Shown here: positions 1 to 9,481 of the stretch, in pieces
How positions within the stretch are numbered: the first letter of the stretch is position 1
Layout: the number at the start of each line of letters is the position of its first letter
Source of the DNA: a virus
Taxonomy: Duplodnaviria > Caudoviricetes
Virus record (IMG/VR): IMGVR_UViG_3300020187_001966
DNA: 64,000 nt
Strand: one strand, 5' to 3'
Notes under the pieces: model-generated
Told to the model about the DNA's origin: nothing
Seen by the model: only the letters and a program-made list of their open reading frames with translations
The model's database searches: none
Made by a program: the position numbers and the translations under genes

Positions 1-2
1 TC

Positions 3-221
3 CGACCTGTATCAAAAGGCGGCAAGACATCCTGGGTCAATTGTATTACCGCATGTAAGCCTTGTAACTGGAGTAAAAGTGATAAAGTAGGACCAAATTG
101 GCGTCCGCTATATAAGCCTTACCAACCAGGATACTATGAACTTGTACGCAAACGTAAGCAATTAGATTTTGCTGTACGACATCCAAGCTGGTATCAGTGG
201 CTTGATTTAGAAGATACTTAA
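3..221 (+). CDS. HNH endonuclease, C-terminal part (gene starts before the window)
   Basis: Manual translation RPVSKGGKTSWVNCITACKPCNWSKSDK...EDT* fits the McrA-type HNH tail (P.SKGG...N...AC..CN..K). Confidence 0.75.
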   Translation, partial: RPVSKGGKTSWVNCITACKPCNWSKSDKVGPNWRPLYKPYQPGYYELVRKRKQLDFAVRHPSWYQWLDLEDT

Positions 222-323
222 AAACTTCTTGACAACTTATAACATTTATGTTAATATATTGAAGTTGTGTGACTGTTCACACACCGGGAGACATAACCCG
301 TAAAACCTAAAAGGAGATAAACT

Positions 324-554
324 ATGGATATTCTTAAAAAGATTAAAGGATGGGCTGCTGGCCTAACAGACTTGGGACTTTCAATTGTAGCACTACTGCT
401 AGTTGTTGAAGTACTAGGATTAGGAGCGATTCCGTTCTTCCCAGAAACAAGTGTAGTAAGCAACGTATCAGCGATGCTAGGCACACTAAGCGCAGAAGGC
501 CTAATGGGCTTGATTGCTATCTGGGTACTATATGCTATTTGGAATAGAAAATAG
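324..554 (+). CDS. small hypothetical membrane protein
   Basis: 76 aa, two hydrophobic segments, AAAGGA RBS. Confidence 0.7.
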   Translation: MDILKKIKGWAAGLTDLGLSIVALLLVVEVLGLGAIPFFPETSVVSNVSAMLGTLSAEGLMGLIAIWVLYAIWNRK

Positions 555-576
555 ACAGGATTTAATTTAAAAAAAA

Positions 577-649
577 TTATAACCTATTGAAAACGCAGGA
601 AACTTTTCCTGCGTTTTTGCTTGACACCAAGACGTTTTGGTGCTATAGT
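577..649 (+). repeat. dispersed early-promoter module copy 1 (AT-rich block, hairpin, TTGACA-17-TATAGT with palindromic spacer)
   Basis: TTGACA 621-626, spacer CCAAGACGTTTTGGTGC, TATAGT 644-649; hairpin CGCAGGA/TCCTGCG; near-identical at 18001 and 47826. Confidence 0.85.
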
Positions 650-679
650 CGTAGTATGATAACAAACAAGGAAACAAAA

Positions 680-1009
680 ATGATGCTTACAGGTTACACA
701 GAACAAAAAGTTATTGAAAACTTTGCTGACGCATATTTAGATGGAGATGTAGTTCGTTGGGTATCCAATGACCGTGTTCCATTTCTTGATATGGTAACTG
801 ACTTTGCAACATTAGGTTTGATTGCTGATTTTCAAGTTGAAATTTCTGAAAACACTCGTAAGATTGAACAGACATCATTCTTAAAAGAGTACATGATTTC
901 ACAAGCTAACCGTTCAGAAGAACAAAAGAACGAAGAGCGTATGATGGCGCAAGCAGCATTTGGTCCAGATACTAAAGTTGTTAACGTAATTACAGGAGAA
1001 GTTTTATAA
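680..1009 (+). CDS. hypothetical early phage protein
   Basis: Start moved to ATG 680 behind AAGGA (the listed 587 start overlaps the promoter); C-terminal AAFGP...VVNVITG motif. Confidence 0.7.
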   Translation: MMLTGYTEQKVIENFADAYLDGDVVRWVSNDRVPFLDMVTDFATLGLIADFQVEISENTRKIEQTSFLKEYMISQANRSEEQKNEERMMAQAAFGPDTKVVNVITGEVL

Positions 1010-1320
1010 TGTATAATATGGAAACTGCACTAGTTGACTATATCAACGCTCAACGCAAAGAAGCTGAAGAGTTTTCAAAGCAACCTGGTTGTTGGATGGG
1101 TATGATTCCTGCGGCAACTGAAACTGAGTATTGGAATGATCGTGTTCCTTCAGGTACTCTTAAAGAATATAACCGTATTCAACTTGTAGAAGATGCGTAC
1201 TATATTACTGCTGATTATGTCAGTAAAAGTTATGCCCGTTCTTTAGACTTTGCTAATTGGAAAGATAGTGCTATTGAACGTCACATTGAAAATATTTGTA
1301 GAGAAAAGGAAGCTGCGTAA
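1009..1320 (+). CDS. hypothetical protein
   Basis: ORF coupled to both neighbours by TAATG overlaps. Confidence 0.65.
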   Translation: MYNMETALVDYINAQRKEAEEFSKQPGCWMGMIPAATETEYWNDRVPSGTLKEYNRIQLVEDAYYITADYVSKSYARSLDFANWKDSAIERHIENICREKEAA

Positions 1321-1574
1321 TGACTATTGAATCACAACTACCAATTGATGTACTCAATAAAATTGAGAACGTATATGATGATGTACACGGCGGGCCATAT
1401 GATCGTGGTGGCGCTGACAGTTATTATGGACGATCTTTTGATCCACATTACTGGCCTCAAGGTACACAAAAAGGTGCTCGTGTTGAAATGAAAGACATGA
1501 CTCCACTGGAAATTACTGCCTATACCAAAGGCTTTAATGATAATGAAGACGCAGGTATGTTTAAGGAATGGTAA
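1320..1574 (+). CDS. hypothetical phage protein
   Basis: HGGPYDRGGADSYYGR motif, coupled ORF. Confidence 0.65.
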   Translation: MTIESQLPIDVLNKIENVYDDVHGGPYDRGGADSYYGRSFDPHYWPQGTQKGARVEMKDMTPLEITAYTKGFNDNEDAGMFKEW

Positions 1575-1632
1575 TTAATGCTTGACATTTGTAGTTTTAA
1601 TCTATATATTATTTAAGTAAGGAGTGTTTATT

Positions 1633-1857
1633 ATGGCTACATTTGAAATTGAAACAATTGAATACAACAGACACGGAAGTGTTAAAAAAGAATGTGAACT
1701 ATTTGGTAGTAAAAAAGAAGCTATCAATCATATGAGAAAGAAAATTAAAGATCGTCATGGCTTACTACAACGAGGTGAGATTAAAGACGGCGAAGTTAAA
1801 CTTCTCGATGACCGAGGAACTGTCCGACAGAAAATTAAATTTGGACAGATTATATAA
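1633..1857 (+). CDS. hypothetical protein
   Basis: AAGGAG RBS, promoter TTGACA...TATATT upstream. Confidence 0.6.
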   Translation: MATFEIETIEYNRHGSVKKECELFGSKKEAINHMRKKIKDRHGLLQRGEIKDGEVKLLDDRGTVRQKIKFGQII

Positions 1858-1881
1858 ACTCTTATACATGAGGCAAAGAGT

Positions 1882-2376
1882 ATGAAAAAACTTATTATGG
1901 CAGTTATGATGTTTTTCGCATTTACTCCAGTATCATCAGCAACAGACTTTAAGCTAATTGAAGAATTTCCTGAAGTACGCTGTATGGCATTAAACATCTA
2001 CTACGAAGCACGAGGAAGTAATTTAGCAGACAGAGCAGGTGTTGCTGATGTAGTTCTTAATCGTGTAAACGATATACGTTATCCCGATACAATCTGCGAA
2101 GTAGTCAAGCAGGGGTTACAAGATGATAACGGTAACATGCGCCGTAACAAGTGCCAATTTAGTTGGTACTGTGACGGCAAAGCAGATAACCCACAAAACC
2201 AAGATCTTTGGGTAGATGCTCAAACTCTTGCGTGGAACGTAGTTCAAAACGGCAAGCACCGTGGACTAACAGAAGGCGCAACACACTACCACGCTACATA
2301 TGTACAGCCTAATTGGGCGTCATCCTTACAGCTAGTAGGACGTATTGGTGCGCATATTTTTTATCGTTGGGAATGA
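1882..2376 (+). CDS. cell wall hydrolase, SleB/Hydrolase_2 family
   Basis: CMALNIYYEARG, VVLNRV, CQFSWYCDG, GATHYHA, IGAHIFY motifs; signal peptide. Confidence 0.9.
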   Translation: MKKLIMAVMMFFAFTPVSSATDFKLIEEFPEVRCMALNIYYEARGSNLADRAGVADVVLNRVNDIRYPDTICEVVKQGLQDDNGNMRRNKCQFSWYCDGKADNPQNQDLWVDAQTLAWNVVQNGKHRGLTEGATHYHATYVQPNWASSLQLVGRIGAHIFYRWE

Positions 2377-2382
2377 AAATAC

Positions 2383-2389
2383 ATAAATA
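2383..2389 (+). promoter_or_regulatory. T4-late-like promoter (ATAAATA)
   Basis: Motif recurs in front of many genes; here 5 nt before ATG 2395. Confidence 0.65.
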
Positions 2390-2394
2390 TATGT

Positions 2395-3090
2395 ATGAAA
2401 ATTAACGAAGTAATAAATCAACCACTTGAAGAAGGTCCAAACGACCCTCATATTTTTAAAGCAGTGTTTATGGCCGGTGGCCCAGGTTCTGGAAAGTCTT
2501 ATGTGGCTAGAAAGATGCTTGGATCTAGCGGCCTTAAATCTGTTAATAGTGATGAGATTTATGAATATTTGGCGCAGAAACAAGATATGGATCTTGGAGA
2601 TCCAGAAGTTGTTGGTAGTCAAGCAGGTCAAGAAGTACGTGATAAAGCCAAAGAGCTTACACAGAAAAGACGTACTCAATATTTAGATGGTCGTCTAGGT
2701 CTTGTTATTGATGGTACAGGCAAAGATGTTGCTAAAGTACAAAAAGATAGTAATGCGCTAAAGTCATTGGGATACGAAACAATGATGGTGTATGTAAACA
2801 CAAGTGAAGAAGTAGCACAAGAACGTAATAAGCAACGTGCTAGAAGTATTCCAGCTGAAATGGTTTCCAAAATGTGGAACCAAGTTCAACAAAATCTAAT
2901 GCAGTTTCAGCAAGTTTTTGGCGCCGCTGATTTCCATGTAGTTGATAACAGCGGGGGTCAAGAAAACCCAGCTCGTGAACAGAACTTTAATCAAGTATTC
3001 AAAAACGTACAAAAGTTTTTAACAACGCCGCCTAACGATCGGCGTGCGCAAAAATGGTTGGCTGCCCAAAAGCCTAATCAGGAACAATAA
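2395..3090 (+). CDS. P-loop kinase, zeta-toxin/AAA_33-like
   Basis: AVFMAGGPGSGKS Walker A, VIDGTG Walker B-like, RNKQRAR lid. Confidence 0.75.
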   Translation: MKINEVINQPLEEGPNDPHIFKAVFMAGGPGSGKSYVARKMLGSSGLKSVNSDEIYEYLAQKQDMDLGDPEVVGSQAGQEVRDKAKELTQKRRTQYLDGRLGLVIDGTGKDVAKVQKDSNALKSLGYETMMVYVNTSEEVAQERNKQRARSIPAEMVSKMWNQVQQNLMQFQQVFGAADFHVVDNSGGQENPAREQNFNQVFKNVQKFLTTPPNDRRAQKWLAAQKPNQEQ

Positions 3091-3091
3091 A

Positions 3092-3439
3092 ATGTACGAT
3101 TATAAATGTTTAACAATGCGAGTTATTGACGGCAGTACGATAGATGCTGAAATCGATCTTGGCTTTAATGTATTAGTACGACAACGTATTAAACTTCATG
3201 GAGTAAATGCTCCTGATATTAAAAGCTCTGATCCAAAAGAAAAAGAACGTGCGCAAAAAGCACGTAATCGACTAGCAGAGCTAGTTGGAAAAGAATTTTA
3301 CTGTCATACAATTATGAATAAGCGTGGCAAGGCTGGTAGAACTCTTGGACATGTCCATATTATGGACGCTAATGAAAACCGTATTGACGTAAATCAGATT
3401 CTTATAAACGAAGGCCTAGCCACTCGGTACGGAGATTAA
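3092..3439 (+). CDS. thermonuclease (SNase-like) family protein
   Basis: RVIDGSTIDAEIDLGF...RIKLHGVNAPDI...GKAGRTLG; catalytic motif partly degenerate (DGST rather than DGDT). Confidence 0.75.
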   Translation: MYDYKCLTMRVIDGSTIDAEIDLGFNVLVRQRIKLHGVNAPDIKSSDPKEKERAQKARNRLAELVGKEFYCHTIMNKRGKAGRTLGHVHIMDANENRIDVNQILINEGLATRYGD

Positions 3440-3442
3440 ATC

Positions 3443-5449
3443 ATGTTATTTGGTATTTTAACTTTATTAGTCGCACTAACTATCAGTGGAGTTGCGATTT
3501 ACTATAGTGTAGCAGGGCTAGTTGCTATATTTGCAGCAGCAAGTATTCCTATTATTATAATGGGCGGCGCACTAGAAATTGGCAAACTAGTGGCGGCTGT
3601 ATGGTTACACAAATATTGGGATCGAGCAGCCTGGTGGTTGAGAGTATATCTTAGTATAGCAGTACTAGTACTGATGTTTATTACAAGCATGGGTATCTTT
3701 GGATTCTTATCTAAAGCACATATTGAACAAACTGCCGCCGCTAATGAACAAGTGGCAACACTGGAAAGATTTGATGCGGAGATTGGCAGAGAACAAGAGA
3801 TTATTACTAGAGCTAATGAACGTATTGCCAAAGGAGAAGCTGATGCTGACAAAGAAGATGTTGGTATACAAGAAAAAATAGATAAAGAACAACAACGTAT
3901 TGATGGCGCATATACAAGACGTCAACCTAGCATACAAGAGCAACTTGATATTATTAGTGCCGCTGAACTAGCACTTGATGGAAGAGTTGCTGTATTTTCA
4001 GATGAAATAGCTAGCTTAGATACAGAAATAGTAAGATTAAATGGATTAATATCAGAGCTTAGAACACAGTTATCCAATACAAGTGTAGCAAGTGTAGAGG
4101 AACAAATACAGCCTTATAGAGATCAAATTACACAACTTGATAATGATATTACTAGACTAGACACCCAAGCGGCAGATTATGAAGCTCGTATTAGTGAACT
4201 AGTACCAGACTATAGTGCAGTTGATACACTAAAAGCACAAATTACAGCAATTGAGGAATCAATTGTTATTACCACAAACAAACTACAAAGTACAGAACGT
4301 GCTAAAATACAAGAAGGTCAGGCAGTAATTGGTGTTACTAGTGACGGACTATTTGGCAGTAATACAACTCGTGCGCTAAATGCTTGGGTAACAGCACAGC
4401 AAGAACGCATCGCACAATTACAATCACAAGAGACAGAACTAAGATCACAAGCACAATTAGTTATTAGTTCAGAGCGTGAACGTTTAACTGGCTTAGTTAC
4501 AGGGCTACGAGGATCACAAACAGAAAGTGTACAAGCACGTAAGCAAGGACTATTAGATACAATTGATCGTATTAGAAATGATGCGTCAAGTAGTTTACAA
4601 ACACAACGTGATAACATACAAACAAAAATTACTATAGTACTTGATACAGACATACCTGCTGTTAGAGAGCAACGTAAACTAGCACAGGATAGTATTACTG
4701 ATTTACGTAACTCACCAGATCGTAAAATTGAAAATGCGCAAGCAGAAATGGCTAGACTACGTGAACTAGCAGAAGCAGAGATTTTACAGTCACAAAGTGT
4801 TATTGAAAGATTACGTGCTGAAATTCAGATAGGCGATGATGTAGATTTAGATACATTAACTGACGCACAGTTAGCTAGAATTAAAACAGCAAACGATAAT
4901 ATTGACCGTATTACAAATGAAAAGTTTGCGCTACAAGCAGAAGCTAGAAAGCTAGAAGCAGAAGTAGGACCTGTTAAGTATTTGGCAGAGTTTATATACG
5001 AGGATGCTGATCGCACTACACTAGAAGATGCAGTACGTTGGGTAATACTCATTATTATATTTGTGTTTGATCCATTAGCAGTTGCACTACTAATTGCAGC
5101 ACAGTATATATTTGAATGGCGTAGAGCAGATCGAGGATTGCCGCCAAGAGATCCGCCACCAGTAAAAAAGCCTAAGCCTGTAGTTGAACCAATAGTGGAA
5201 GAAAAGCAGGAAAGCATACTACCAGAATTACAAGAAGTTACTAACAACACAGTAAAGACTCCTATGGCAAAAGTTGTTAAACCTAAGCCAGATAATAAAA
5301 AGGTTGACAAACCGCTATATGACCCGTATACTGATACAAGACCAACAAGTAAATTAAGCCCTAGTGAACGTAACGCAAGAACTGTCATATGGCCTGATGA
5401 TTATGATGGAAAGTTGGCTCCACCTAAACCATATAAAGAGGATGAGTAA
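3443..5449 (+). CDS. membrane-anchored long coiled-coil protein with central peptidoglycan-binding-like motif
   Basis: 3 N-terminal TM helices, about 430 aa heptad-rich region, C-terminal TM, Pro/Lys-rich tail. Confidence 0.65.
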   Translation: MLFGILTLLVALTISGVAIYYSVAGLVAIFAAASIPIIIMGGALEIGKLVAAVWLHKYWDRAAWWLRVYLSIAVLVLMFITSMGIFGFLSKAHIEQTAAANEQVATLERFDAEIGREQEIITRANERIAKGEADADKEDVGIQEKIDKEQQRIDGAYTRRQPSIQEQLDIISAAELALDGRVAVFSDEIASLDTEIVRLNGLISELRTQLSNTSVASVEEQIQPYRDQITQLDNDITRLDTQAADYEARISELVPDYSAVDTLKAQITAIEESIVITTNKLQSTERAKIQEGQAVIGVTSDGLFGSNTTRALNAWVTAQQERIAQLQSQETELRSQAQLVISSERERLTGLVTGLRGSQTESVQARKQGLLDTIDRIRNDASSSLQTQRDNIQTKITIVLDTDIPAVREQRKLAQDSITDLRNSPDRKIENAQAEMARLRELAEAEILQSQSVIERLRAEIQIGDDVDLDTLTDAQLARIKTANDNIDRITNEKFALQAEARKLEAEVGPVKYLAEFIYEDADRTTLEDAVRWVILIIIFVFDPLAVALLIAAQYIFEWRRADRGLPPRDPPPVKKPKPVVEPIVEEKQESILPELQEVTNNTVKTPMAKVVKPKPDNKKVDKPLYDPYTDTRPTSKLSPSERNARTVIWPDDYDGKLAPPKPYKEDE

Positions 5450-5455
5450 ACCCCA

Positions 5456-5872
5456 ATGAGGGAAAACAGTATATACCACATATCACCGCCAGACATGAAG
5501 TTATTAGATGCTGGTCCAGTTGTCACAGTTTTATCTAATAATAGTAAATTTTTAGATGACATTGAACGAGTACATGAAGCAATGTACAAAAGTGTACCTG
5601 TTGTAATTTATAATGCTAATGGACCAATTAATGATAACAACATAGCCTGGCTAATTAGTACAATGAGACTTAGTGACAATGTTTTTGTAGATTTGGACAC
5701 TGTTACACAAACTGAATTAGTAGCAAGTATACTAAACGAATCTAACACAATTTACTTTAGTAAAGAAGATCGTCAGTCTGATATATTAAAACTATTTAAT
5801 ATACGGAAAGAATATACAGTATATAGTGATACTGATGAATATATGATGATGATTACAAATGAATACATATAA
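5456..5872 (+). CDS. hypothetical protein
   Basis: 138 aa ORF in operon context. Confidence 0.6.
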   Translation: MRENSIYHISPPDMKLLDAGPVVTVLSNNSKFLDDIERVHEAMYKSVPVVIYNANGPINDNNIAWLISTMRLSDNVFVDLDTVTQTELVASILNESNTIYFSKEDRQSDILKLFNIRKEYTVYSDTDEYMMMITNEYI

Positions 5873-5910
5873 AGGAGAAAGTATGATTACCAAACAATAT
5901 ATAGGCCCAA

Positions 5911-6444
5911 ATGAAAAAATTTAGCAAACCAGAACCTAAAACACCTATTAACGGACAAATACGTTACAGTGAGTTAAGAGTAGTTGACGATCAAGGTCAA
6001 CTTGGAGTTATGCATAAGTCAAAAGCACTAAAAATTGCTGAGAGTAGAGGATTAGATTTAGTAGTAATAACTGAATCTGCCAAACCTCCTATCGCTAAGA
6101 TTTTAGATGCTAATAAATATCTCTACGAACAAAAGCGGCGTGAAAAAGATCTAGCCAAACGGCAACGTGAAAGCCGTATTGAAGTAAAAGAGATACAGTT
6201 TAAACCTAATATTGGTGATCATGATTTTGACACTAAACTAAAAAATATTGAAAAATTCCTTAGTAAAGGAAATAAAGTAAAACTAATGGTGCGTTTTAGA
6301 GGCCGAGAAAACGCAAATAAACAGGTAGGATTTGAGATACTTGCTCGTGTAGTAGATACACTTGAGGAAGTTGAATGGGATTCAAAGCCTAGTTTAAATG
6401 GTAATCGGCTAATAGGAATATTAAAACGAGGAAAAAATGGATAG
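5911..6444 (+). CDS. infC: translation initiation factor IF-3
   Basis: INGQI...LRVV, GLDLV...PPIAKILD, KEIQFKPNIGDHDF.TK, KVKLMVRFRGRE. Confidence 0.93.
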   Translation: MKKFSKPEPKTPINGQIRYSELRVVDDQGQLGVMHKSKALKIAESRGLDLVVITESAKPPIAKILDANKYLYEQKRREKDLAKRQRESRIEVKEIQFKPNIGDHDFDTKLKNIEKFLSKGNKVKLMVRFRGRENANKQVGFEILARVVDTLEEVEWDSKPSLNGNRLIGILKRGKNG

Positions 6445-6685
6445 AGATAATAGAAAACCAAGAAGACGAGAACAAAAAGAAAATAGAGGACTACAAGTAG
6501 ACGTACACAATAACGACATAGCTCGTGCGCTACGTAAACTAAAGAAAATGGTAAACAATGAAGGCTTGCTTAAAGAGCTTCGTGACCGTGAATATTTTGA
6601 GAAGCCAAGTCTAAAGCGTAAAAAGGCTAAAGCAGCGGCACGTAAACGCTGGCTAAAAGAACAACAAAAAAACTCCAATAGATAG
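6437..6685 (+). CDS. rpsU: ribosomal protein bS21
   Basis: ALRKLKK...EG...REYFEKPS.KRKKAKAAARKR. Confidence 0.92.
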   Translation: MDRDNRKPRRREQKENRGLQVDVHNNDIARALRKLKKMVNNEGLLKELRDREYFEKPSLKRKKAKAAARKRWLKEQQKNSNR

Positions 6686-6686
6686 C

Positions 6687-6715
6687 TTGACAATCAGTAC
6701 CGTATGTACTATATT
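6687..6715 (+). promoter_or_regulatory. sigma70-type promoter
   Basis: TTGACA-17 bp-TATATT. Confidence 0.7.
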
Positions 6716-6851
6716 AGTATTACGATAAGAAATGCCACTCAATGCGCTAGTCGTCAAGTGAGCAAGATAAGAAATACATATACAGAACTACGGGTTGCTA
6801 CGAAATAAGCACGTGGTGGGCGATAGTTAGCCTACCGACACATAAATAACT

Positions 6852-6907
6852 GTGGATGCCAATTATGGGTCCACAAAATACATCTTGCTTAATAAAGGAG
6901 ATATAAG
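6852..6907 (+). promoter_or_regulatory. ROSE-like RNA thermometer leader of hsp20
   Basis: Two hairpins; UCUUGCUU pairs with AAAGGAGAU (SD) with a bulged G; late promoter ATAAATA at 6842-6848. Confidence 0.6.
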
Positions 6908-7342
6908 ATGAATAGATTAACAACGATTGACTTGAATAAACTTACCCCTCACAGTGTTGGCTTAGAACGAATGTTTAACGACATGTTTAAGTACACTGAA
7001 CATCCACAAAATGCTGGGTACCCACCATACAATATTGTACAAGAGAAAAACCGTTTCCAAATTGAGATGGCATTAGCTGGTGTACGTATGGATGATATAG
7101 ATATTGAAGTCGCAGATGGTGAATTAACTATTACACATGACCCGGTTGAAGTTGAACCAAATGAATCAGTACGCTGGGTACATCGTGGAATTGCGCAACG
7201 TAAATTTAAGCGCAGTTTTACACTCGCTGATGATGTAGTGGTACAGGGTGCGAGGATGGAGAACGGCATGCTATATGTAGAGCTTGAACGTATCATTCCA
7301 GAAGAAAAGAAACCCAGAAAAATAGAAATTTCAGCAGTATAA
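6908..7342 (+). CDS. small heat shock protein Hsp20/IbpA family
   Basis: YPPYNIV, HRGIAQRKFKRSFTLAD, A.MENGMLYV.L.R.IPEEKKPRKIEI. Confidence 0.95.
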   Translation: MNRLTTIDLNKLTPHSVGLERMFNDMFKYTEHPQNAGYPPYNIVQEKNRFQIEMALAGVRMDDIDIEVADGELTITHDPVEVEPNESVRWVHRGIAQRKFKRSFTLADDVVVQGARMENGMLYVELERIIPEEKKPRKIEISAV

Positions 7343-7396
7343 AACTATAACACTAGGGGCGGTTAACGCCGCCCCACATAACAATTAGGTAAAGCA

Positions 7397-7696
7397 ATGA
7401 GTACAGAACTAGCATCTAAGATCGACACATCATGGATTTTCGCACATCCAAAAAAATACAAAGTTATTTTACTAAATGATGATCTAACTCCAATGGATTT
7501 TGTTATAGAAATTCTTATTGGTATTTTTAATAAATCAGAATCTGAAGCTCATCAAATTACACTAGCAGTACACAATACAGGTTCAGGTATTGCGGGTATT
7601 TTTAATTATGAAGTTGCTGAACAGAAATCACATGAAGCTACAACTATTAGTCGTAGTGCTGGGTTTCCATTAACTCTTAAAGTAGAGGAAGAATAA
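7397..7696 (+). CDS. clpS: ATP-dependent Clp protease adaptor ClpS
   Basis: [31 protein letters not shown]. Confidence 0.93.
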   Translation: MSTELASKIDTSWIFAHPKKYKVILLNDDLTPMDFVIEILIGIFNKSESEAHQITLAVHNTGSGIAGIFNYEVAEQKSHEATTISRSAGFPLTLKVEEE

Positions 7697-7697
7697 T

Positions 7698-8846
7698 ATG
7701 AGAATTGAAAATGAAGTACTGTTGGACTACAGCGATGTCTTGATTCGTCCAAAGCGTAGCACATTAGGCTCACGCAAAGAAGTAAACTTAGAACGTGAAT
7801 TTACATTCCGTAATTATAACAAACAAGACATTATGTCTGGAGAATATGATTGGAAAGGTGTTCCAATTATGGCAAGCAACATGGATGGTGTTGGTACATT
7901 TGAAATGGCAGACAAACTTGCTGAAGGCAACATCTTTACATGTCTAGTTAAAACATATAGTGAACAAGATTTAATCAAATACTTTACATCTGATTTACCT
8001 GAGCGTAGTGACTATGTTGCTATGAGTATTGGTATTCAGGATCGTGACTTAAACAAATTTGAAAAAGTTTATACAGTATGTAAAGAAAATTTAAAATACG
8101 TTTGTATTGATGTGGCAAACGGATACAGTCAACGTTTTGTGGAGTTTGTGGGAGAATTTAAATTCCGCTTTCCTAAAGTAGTAATTATTGCTGGTAATGT
8201 GGTTACGGCAGATCAAACGCAAGAGTTAATACTAAATGGAGCAGACATAGTTAAAGTTGGTATTGGACCAGGTAGTGTATGTACCACTCGTATTCAAACT
8301 GGTGTGGGATATCCACAGCTCAGTGCCGTTATTGAGTGCGCTGATGCCGCTCATGGCCTTGGTGGTCATATTATTGCTGACGGTGGGTGTACCTGTCCTG
8401 GCGATATTGCTAAGGCTTTTGCGGGCGGGGCCGACTTTGTAATGCTAGGCGGTATGCTTGCTGGACACGATGAAGGTGGTGGTGACGTAATTACCCGATA
8501 CTATGAAACTAGTGAACTAGAATATCAAGTTGGCGAGCATTTGGCCAATTGTGTACATAAAGTAGAAGAAAAACAATTCATAAAGTTCTACGGAATGAGC
8601 AGTGATGCGGCAAACACTAAACACTTTGGCGGACTTAAAGAGTATCGTTCAAGTGAAGGACGTGAAGTGCTTGTGCCTTATCGTGGTGAAATTGCTAGAA
8701 CTGTGCAAAACATTCTGGGCGGCGTTCGCAGTACATGTACATACGTTGGTGCCAATACACTAAAGCAACTGAGTAAATGTACAACATTTATTCGTGTAAA
8801 CAACCAGTTTAATAAAACGTATGAGTCTACTACCACCAAGTTATAG
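7698..8846 (+). CDS. guaC: GMP reductase
   Basis: [51 protein letters not shown]. Confidence 0.95.
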   Translation: MRIENEVLLDYSDVLIRPKRSTLGSRKEVNLEREFTFRNYNKQDIMSGEYDWKGVPIMASNMDGVGTFEMADKLAEGNIFTCLVKTYSEQDLIKYFTSDLPERSDYVAMSIGIQDRDLNKFEKVYTVCKENLKYVCIDVANGYSQRFVEFVGEFKFRFPKVVIIAGNVVTADQTQELILNGADIVKVGIGPGSVCTTRIQTGVGYPQLSAVIECADAAHGLGGHIIADGGCTCPGDIAKAFAGGADFVMLGGMLAGHDEGGGDVITRYYETSELEYQVGEHLANCVHKVEEKQFIKFYGMSSDAANTKHFGGLKEYRSSEGREVLVPYRGEIARTVQNILGGVRSTCTYVGANTLKQLSKCTTFIRVNNQFNKTYESTTTKL

Positions 8847-9044
8847 TAGCTGCGCAATAACGCACAGTTGCGTTAAACGCATATCGAGTCTACGCAAAAT
8901 GCAGTAGTAAATCACTGAAATCCATGTTAAATATAAGTGTGAACACAAAATAGTGTTTACACTTTTTTTATGAAATGACACCCTGAAAAGACGGGGGGTA
9001 TTGCTTTCCTCAAGCATTTTAAAACTTAATCAAGGAAAAACAAA

Positions 9045-9224
9045 ATGTTTAACGACACATTCAACGGTCTTGTAAGTTTACTTGGAAATCCACTTCCAAC
9101 ACGGAAGTTCGAAAAAGAGATGCTTACATACGCAAAAACAGAATACGGAAAAGATTGGCAGTTTGCTTATCAATATATGCTAGATCATTCAGGTTCAGCA
9201 CCTAACATGGGAGTACATCTCTAA
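9045..9224 (+). CDS. small hypothetical protein (59 aa)
   Basis: Manual translation MFNDTF...EYGKDWQFAY; AAGGA RBS; TAATG-coupled to next gene. Confidence 0.6.
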   Translation: MFNDTFNGLVSLLGNPLPTRKFEKEMLTYAKTEYGKDWQFAYQYMLDHSGSAPNMGVHL

Positions 9225-9481
9225 TGGCACATTATGTAATAGAAGCGTCAAGTTGGATTCAAGATGCAATCGAAGGATTCAATGACTTACGTAGAGCAAT
9301 GAAACTACGTGCAGAACGTAAAGCATCATACAAACAAACTTATAAAGAACTTAGCAAGTTAAACGACTATGAACTAAACGACATCGGCATTTGCCGTGGC
9401 GACATTAGAAACATTGCACGTGGTGATAGAACAATCAAACGTGGTATCGAAGTTAACGAAAACTTGAGAGGATCTATATAA
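9224..9481 (+). CDS. DUF1127 (YjiS-like) small protein
   Basis: ELSKLNDYELNDIGICRGDI motif. Confidence 0.85.
   Translation: MAHYVIEASSWIQDAIEGFNDLRRAMKLRAERKASYKQTYKELSKLNDYELNDIGICRGDIRNIARGDRTIKRGIEVNENLRGSI

Noticed and set aside
587-679. N-terminal extension of ORF 587-1009
   Set aside because: It runs through the hairpin and promoter module; a better start with RBS is at 680. Similar corrections were made at 47886 and 49062.
3502-5388. Minus-strand ORFs 3502-3852, 4318-4653 and 4825-5388
   Set aside because: Ser/Leu-rich antisense shadows of the 668-aa gene without RBS or motifs; the same applies to 17236-17955, 43434-43961, 57859-58188 and 59101-59664.
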